Origin: Chrysemys picta bellii
Taxonomy: Eukaryota
Assembly: GCF_011386835.1 (NCBI RefSeq)
Contig: NC_088805.1
Coordinates: 23,250,001 to 23,314,000 of the forward strand
Length of the DNA stretch: 64,000 bases
Direction of reading: 5' to 3'
The notes under the pieces are model-generated. The model saw nothing but the letters and a program-made list of their open reading frames with translations, did no database searches and was not told the origin of the DNA. Below, piece after piece: positions 59,550-64,000 of the stretch. How positions within the stretch are numbered: position 1 is the first letter of the stretch; each line of letters begins with the position of its first letter. Both the position numbers and the translations under genes were made by a program.

Positions 59550-61639
59550 AAAACCATTGCATTTGGCTTATGAAACAGAGTAGCTTTGTTGGCCTCCTCT
59601 GACTGGCCGTGGGTTCTGCTTTCTCTTTTATCTGAGGATGACTCAAATCCAAAGATAAGAGCTAACTAAAGCACCTTTCAGGTGCTGATGATCCAGTGAT
59701 CCCCAAAATCAATGTTGACAACAAACACTGATGTGCTGGAGACCAGCCAGCCTTAGTCCATAACTCATAAACACGTGCTTGCAAGTCACATTTACTAATA
59801 ATAAAGCCCTGTTACGCCCAGATAAGTCACTTACAACATCTGGATAGGTAGTCAGATTATGGTGACCACCTGTTCTGGCACTGGGGATGCACTGCTCATC
59901 CCATTAAGCTGATGAAACGTAGGCAGAGATGCTTATCCTGGGTGCTACAGGTTACAAACAGTACATGGCCTGTCTCTACAATTGCCTTGCAGTGCATCTT
60001 ACAGACCTCACAGAAATGCAATGTCTCATTTACATGAAAGGGGACATCCCACAGAGCCCGGAGAATGAGGTGAATATTCCTTCCCTTAGATGGATTATTA
60101 TGGCCACACATCAGTTAAAGAAGTTTGGGCCAGATTCTGCTCTCAGTTCCGCAGGGCAACTCGTCAGTAATCACTGTGGCTCAGTGAGTAGTTATCCATA
60201 CCCAATGTTATTTTATAGCAATGTAAATGCAACTCATCACCTAATGTATCACGTAGAGGGGATCTTTCTCTGCCACTCCCTCACCTCTCAGATTGTAGAG
60301 TGGTGGCAGAACTACTTTGCAGCCCCATCCTAATGCTACAGTAGCTCCACGTCCCCACTGTACCCCTCCCTCCAATGGGGAGGGATGAGAGGATCTTTTT
60401 AGTTGTCAAACTTCCACCCCTGGCCCACCCACTGACAAATACCATGGCATAATTCCGTTCAGAGAGCACCTGCCGAGCTACAATGCACAACGTCTGCTGG
60501 TTGTGAACTCCCTACGTGGCCTCTCCCCATAAATCCTTTCCCTCTCTGCTTGTGGTTCTGTTGTCAGGGGATGTTGTGTGGGTGAGGGAATGAGGGAGAG
60601 GAGTGTTCGGGATGTGTCCCCTTTTTACTGGCCCTACAGAAGTATTTTATTCCATGATAACAGATGGAGAGGCCACTGGGTTTCCACACAGCATCCGAGT
60701 CTGTGGTTTAAAAAAAAAAACAGAACCCCAAAACAACTCCTCAGCAGTTCAAGTCCAGTTCCTTAGATACAGTTAATAAGCTCGAGCTTCATCTCTGCAC
60801 ACCCGTTCAGTCTCTTCAAATATGCTGGTAATGATCCATCCGTATAATCATGGACCTTGTCAATTCCTTTAAAATCCTTGGAAATGTGAAGTTAAAGTGG
60901 TGTTAGTGCCATTCATTTGTTACCTGAAATCATCATCCGAATCTTCCTCAGTAGAATAACACCTCACCCAGAGGTTTGCTGAGCTGCGGGCTGATGATGT
61001 ACCATGACAGCCGGAGGGACTCGACTCCTGGATTTTCCAGATACAGCATTATCTTTTATTGTCACCATAAAGAATCAGCCTCACCGTTTTTATTTGGGTT
61101 TTTTATTTACCCTATTCCATCTGTTTTGTTAAATAATCAACTACACAATATTTACGGTTCCATTTCTTTTTTATCTTTAAACATCCCACCAGCTATTTTG
61201 TAATTATGACATTTGCCTTTTGTCAAACCTCAGTGATTCGGAGTAGAGCGAGAGATGCAAATACCGCTGAAGCCCTCTGTATACATGCAAGTTCATCTCT
61301 ATTGGACATAGGTAGAGGGCAAGATTAACGTGCTGGTAAATGAATGAGTCAAAATGATTGATTAATCATAACAAGTAAAACAAATCCGTTTTGGAATTGA
61401 ACTGGGATTGAAATACCCAAATCACCTGACTGCCTCAGTGTATTCCCCAAACCTTCTCCATACTGGAACCCCTTCTCAGTGCATCTAGCTAGCACCTCAC
61501 TCATATTTAGCAATCTGGGGAGGGCAGGGAAGTGATGCCCCTCTGATCCCTTTTTGTGATCTCCCTGTGGGTCATTGTCTCAAGGCTGAGAACCCCTGTC
61601 CTAACTAGAATAGCCAGTTGATTGGTGCTAACCAAACAC

Positions 61640-61864
61640 TACTCAAGGTGGCTCGCTTGAATAACAGTAAGAGTGAAGCCGCAGCAGCATGGGGCAGCAC
61701 CCGCTGTACAAGCCCACCTGGGATCCTGTGCATGTACTCGAGTGGGGCTAGCCCATGCTGCCAAAGCTTCACCGCTCTTGTTATCCAAGCTATTTAGATC
61801 AAAGCTAGTTGGGTATGTGTACAAGTGCTGCAGTCCCCCCTCTGACTGCAGTACAGATGTACCC
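61640..61864. mobile_element. One-ended Harbinger-type MITE
   Basis: Right end actgcagtacagatgtaccc; body resembles 26462-26575 and 40762-41050. Confidence 0.5.
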
Positions 61865-62176
61865 TCTGTTTCACTCTACTCACATTGCACAAAAATGTCA
61901 GCGTGTTGGTTAGTTTCCCTTCACAAATGTCTTGATCGTTTAGCGGGTCTTTTCCAGTTAGTTCTGCTTTGGGGGGCTTTTCCTGGCCAGGTAGCTTGTT
62001 AGACCTGCCACTGTGCTGCACAAATCCTATAGACCTATACATCAGCACAGTCAATTATGGAGTCCAGTTGGATCAATAAGACCAATGTAGCTGCCCTGAT
62101 GCCCATGGTTTTATGGTTTAAAGGTGTGTCCTTGGACTAAATGGTCCTGGGATTCAACTAAATTAGAACCCAGTGC

Positions 62177-62831
62177 TGTGGTGAATGTGGGAATCATCGT
62201 AATATTTTTATGAGCCATATGTATGCCTCAGTTTCCCTACTTGCTTTGTACTGCTATACATTGAGCATAAAAGTGTGGATCCTTGGGGTCTGGCACAATA
62301 AAGGGGTTACACCCAGGGGACTATTTAAATGCTGGGGCATAGCAGAGACCTTGTAAATCTGTGACAAGTGCCTTCACCTGGAGATTGTCAGACAACAAAC
62401 AATTACTAATTAGTTGATAGGATGTTGCAGAAAGACTAATGCTCTGGTCCAAGTGGGCATCAGAAAGAACCAGAGCCATCCCTGGTGGTGGTACAACAAA
62501 AGCTACAAGAGTCTCAGGCCATCAACCACTTCCAGAAGCTGATGTTTTAGAGACATAGTGGAGATTAGGTGCGGAGTGTTTACATTGTTCTGGCTGGTCG
62601 TGCTGATGTATTTATAATCCAGCAAGATCTAGGTGAGGTTAGAGGGGGACTCTAATTCTGGGGATCAGGGTTACTAGTGGCTCTGCAGCCTGTCACGTTG
62701 ATGTGTATCTGGGGGTTCAGGCTGTGCTGCGTGAAACAGAGCGCTATGAGCTTTTTTTCAGTGACAATGAATAGAGAACTATATCTTTGCTGGAGAATTC
62801 TATAATACCATGATTCTCATCTCACGTTACA
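62177..62831 (+). mobile_element. Degenerate solo LTR
   Basis: TGTGGTGAA...GTTACA ends; TSD not recognised. Confidence 0.45.
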
Positions 62832-63149
62832 ACAGACCCTGTCTGGGAATCTGACGTGAGACCTGGTTTCTGATTTGCAAGTGCTGACCTCTCACGTCTG
62901 CAAAAGAAGGCAGGGGAGCTGTGCTTTGAACATATATAAATTGCTGTATAATGTTAACTATTCTGATAAGTCAGATCCTAGGCATCTCAAATTGGGCACC
63001 CAAGATTAGTGACAGTAGTCTCTCTGTACCTCCGATCCCCATCTGTAAAACAAGGCTAATACCCCCTCATCTCACCGGGGTGTTGTGAAGATAAATTCTT
63101 TAATGTTTGTGAAGCACTCAAATACTGCAGAAAAGCCCATGAGCTAGAG

Positions 63150-63822
63150 CCAGGCTCTCAGGTTCCCAACTCTGCCATAGAGAGCATGGAAAGCCAGGAC
63201 CCCCAATTTGCAAGGCTGCCACAGCGGTCCCCACCAGGTGAGCGGGCAGGGAACCAGCCCGCGAGTCAGCGAAATGGAATGCTATCTGCGAATCAACAAA
63301 AACTCATTGAACCTGAACTGTTTTCATTAAACATTTCACTAAGCTCTGTTCCAGCTAAAAATTCCTGACAGATCAAGTGAGGTTGGAATCTTTGGAGACT
63401 TTAGCTGCTAAAATCGAGTACGTCTCTACTGAGCATGTGTGAACTGTAAACTTTTCTACAAGGTTTATAACTTGGCCAGATGTAGGTGGATTGTCATGGG
63501 CATGGCAAACAGCTCATCCCTGACATAAAGGCCTCTCCCTTGCCAAATTTCATGTTCCTGCTCCAAGCCACGGAGAAGATAGAGCTTTTCAAAAAAAGGC
63601 CACACGTTGTTTTGCCCATGTTGAAAAAAAATCTTTCCCCTCTAGTCTTATTCTCAGAAATAGCTGAATCATTTTGGCTGAAATTAAAAAAAAAAAATCG
63701 ATCTGAGGCGTATAACCGGCGTGGAAAATTTCAGCCCAAATGGTTAGTCACAAAGTTATAAGCAGTTGAAAACGGAGTCTCGTGTCGGGTAACCTTAGTG
63801 GGCAGTGTCACCAGCCCTGCCT
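63150..63822. mobile_element. Probable old non-autonomous DNA element
   Basis: Ends in caccagccctg (hAT-like CAGGG end); left end uncertain. Confidence 0.3.
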
Positions 63823-64000
63823 AAATGATGACTCTTCCATTGGGCATAGAATGCTGGCAAAGGAAGGGGAAACAGTTCCATAGACTGTCTTGGATATCAA
63901 ATGTCATCACTTCCTTGAAGATTCCCTACCCCTCATGTCAGAGCTGCATGTAACAGAGCTCCTTGTACGATCTGCTTAGCTAGGGAGCAGTGCAAATGCC

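Overview
Vertebrate genomic DNA, almost certainly a turtle (inferred from the tortoise Pol III SINE, PsCR1-type CR1 3' ends and turtle-type Harbinger/hAT MITEs). The window appears to be entirely inside one large gene on the + strand. The only host coding sequence found is a 184-nt internal exon (54070-54253) of a TMEM132-family gene, best matching TMEM132D. The rest is intron packed with nested transposable elements: CR1 and L2 LINE fragments; MIR-type, LF-SINE and tortoise SINEs; ten GC-rich non-autonomous hAT elements (nine with recognisable TSDs); a decayed two-gene Harbinger transposon; several solo LTRs; a fossil Gmr1-type Gypsy element with a SCAN-domain gag and integrase-before-RT order; and a Penelope-type insertion with a minimal hammerhead ribozyme. 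Most long ORFs in the track are spurious frames in GC-rich MITE interiors. Unexplained or unusual items include an exact 150-bp dispersed duplication, a short TG..CA element built around head-to-head tRNA-like halves, and an array of ~60-nt hairpins in one MITE. All family assignments come from my own motif recognition and manual translation; no database search was run.
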